A stretch of 63,107 bases of DNA, the filler included, from Lenisia limosa (taxonomy: Eukaryota; Protista; Breviatea), in assembly GCA_001655205.1 (NCBI GenBank). It is 11 parts of 11 records of this genome, joined end to end, with 100 filler letters (N's around TTAATTAATTAA, not from the genome) between each part and the next. Parts side by side here need not be neighbours in the genome. Positions count along the whole stretch, not along the records: positions 61,376 to 63,107 come from LPNZ01011131.1; 10 more parts are not named here. One strand, given 5' to 3'. The translations under genes were made by a program, and so were the position numbers. Below, piece by piece: positions 61,380-63,107 of the stretch. Positions within the stretch are counted from its first letter, which is position 1, and each line of letters starts with the position of its first letter. The notes below the pieces were generated by a model. The model saw nothing but the letters and a program-made list of their open reading frames with translations, was not told the origin of the DNA and ran no database searches.

Positions 61380-62910
61380 TTATATTGATAGTCCTCATAG
61401 AAATTTCCTTCTTGTATTCATAGAAATCTCCAGGTTCAGATTATTCGGTTCGTGATTAGTACCTTTATACCAATATTCTTAATCAAAATTTTCATCGTTT
61501 TACTTCCCCTACCATGCTTAAACGCTTCTGTCTCGGCCTCCTCGTCAATGGGATGGAGGAAGTTGTAGGTCTTTAGCCCCACATTCATCAGAGCTGAGCG
61601 GCGGAGGCCTCCTGGGGGGGGGGGGGGNNNNNNNNNNNNNNNNNNNNNNNNNNNNNNNNNNNNNNNNNNNNNNNNNNNNNNNNNNNNNNNNNNNNNNNNN
61701 NNNNNNNNNNNNNNNNNNNNNNNNNNNNNNNNNNNNNNNNNNNNNNNNNNNNNNNNNNNNNNNNNNNNNNNNNNNNNNNNNNNNNNNNNNNNNNNNNCGA
61801 ACATAACCTGACCGTGAACATTGGACCTTTTGTTTTGTTATTTTTAGTGTTTCTTGGTCCCTCCCACCCTCGCTAGTCTCCAGAAGAAGGTCGTGCATTC
61901 GGTTGCTGGAGTATGCAACAAGCCCAACGGCAATGGATACCACCAGGATCATGAGGAAGAAGGAGATCACAATTTGGGACTAGGATTGTTAAAAATGATA
62001 AAATAAAATAAAAATAAAAAGCAGAATTCAAAAACGTTAATTTTTTATGAAGGATGACCTAATTAACACATTGATACAATTCCCGAAATTATGAAGAAGA
62101 TGAAAACCACAATATAAAGGGATAATTGGTGGCAAATGATTGAAATCCGAATAATCTGCCAAGATAGTCGAATACGTAATACCTGAAAGTTAGGGCTTTG
62201 TTATGATCCCAAAATAATCGCTCTTTATTAATGTCGAAATTTTCTGACTTATTGGGAAAACACTACAGCGCATGGACTTGGTATTCCTTTGTTGTTTTTG
62301 GCAACCCCATAAATTTCTTCAAATTTCCATAAAATTCCAAGGGATTCCCGTGTAAAATATGGGAATTCCCAAGTTTTTCACAAGAATTCCAAGTCGATGC
62401 GCCGTAGTGAATCCTTAATTCTCCCCACCCACCCTGAGGGTCATAGCAGGCTTGTGGCTTCGTGCAATTTCCCAACGACAATGGTCCATTGTGATTGACG
62501 ACATTTGACTTATACCTAATATGGTAAGTAATATGGATAAAACTTCCCAATATGGTAAGTCGTGTAGATAACGCTGCCTTAGATAGTAAGTGGGATGCAG
62601 TGTAAAACGCCCAATCCCAATGGTCCATTATAAATGACAGCACTTAATATGTATGCTAAGTGGCACGGATATGGCTACAATTGCCTAATATAGTGCATGA
62701 TGGGGTAAAAATAGCCGAATACTGAAGGTGGCTGAGAAATAATAAGAGTAATTCCAAACACCCATTTCATTGTTATCTCAATTTATAGCATCCATAGTGT
62801 CCCCTTCAAGCACCCCGCCCCACTATCTTCAATCTCTTGCTCCGTATTTTCGGCGCTATTCTTAACTTGGGACAGGTACTTGACATAAGCACTAAACGGT
62901 CAAACATTAG
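61380..62910 (-). CDS. Unidentified multi-exon membrane protein, partial
   Basis: Hydrophobic exon ISFFLMILVVSIAVGLVAYSSNRMHDLLLETSE, plus GLRRSALMNVGLKTYNFLHPIDEEAETEAFKH and DHWDWAFYTASHLLSKAALSTRLTILG. Confidence 0.35.
62261..62409. mobile_element. MITE family E (CACTA-type termini) copy
   Basis: cactacagcgcatggacttgg ... ccaagtcgatgcgccgtagtg. Confidence 0.75.
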
Positions 62911-63107
62911 ATATCATATGAGTGCAAATAAGAAACCGTAAAAATTATAACCCCCCCCCCACCCTCCGCCTAATTTTCTCCGTAATTTTCCCTATTTCTC
63001 TATACTTCCACACACATCCTTCTATTATCTCTCTAAATCGTCGAAAATTATCAATATTTTACTGGTATACTTCAACAGAAGTGAAGCCCCAAATGTATCC
63101 CCACCCT

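Noticed and set aside
14925-61970. ORF-track entries containing X runs
   Set aside because: They are open only because N-gaps contain no stop codons.
1-63107. Apparent clustering of metH, CoADR-rhodanese, BolA and other genes as a redox/sulfur locus
   Set aside because: They lie on different contigs separated by linkers, so their adjacency carries no information.

Overview
This is eukaryotic, intron-rich nuclear DNA and not one continuous locus. Ten N..TTAATTAATTAA..N linkers (7322, 15993, 23902, 30844, 38373, 48651, 51587, 53918, 59470, 61320) join 11 independent contigs or scaffolds, so most genes are partial. Exons were translated by hand. Recognisable genes are: cobalamin-dependent methionine synthase (MetH/MTR), tRNA-Val(AAC), a large low-complexity/coiled-coil protein with a six-copy PW[LI]V[VL]T..GSD.L[VL] repeat, TRIP4/ASC-1, an ankyrin-repeat gene, a TEY MAP kinase, a divergent SMC4-like N-terminus with tiny introns, a decayed pogo-like DDE transposase, IPT/TIG- and sushi-like surface proteins, a bacterial-type CoA-disulfide reductase/NADH oxidase-rhodanese fusion, eIF3i, IQCG/DRC9 and a BolA exon. 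There is also an isolated 3' fragment of 28S rRNA. This gene set suggests a flagellated, probably microaerophilic or anaerobic protist (inference). The most striking unexplained structure is in the introns, which carry at least five short repeat families. One is a TA-flanked ~100 bp MITE with no strand bias. Another (family D) lies almost always sense to the host gene, often directly against the 3' splice site, and has a conserved Sm-site-like core.
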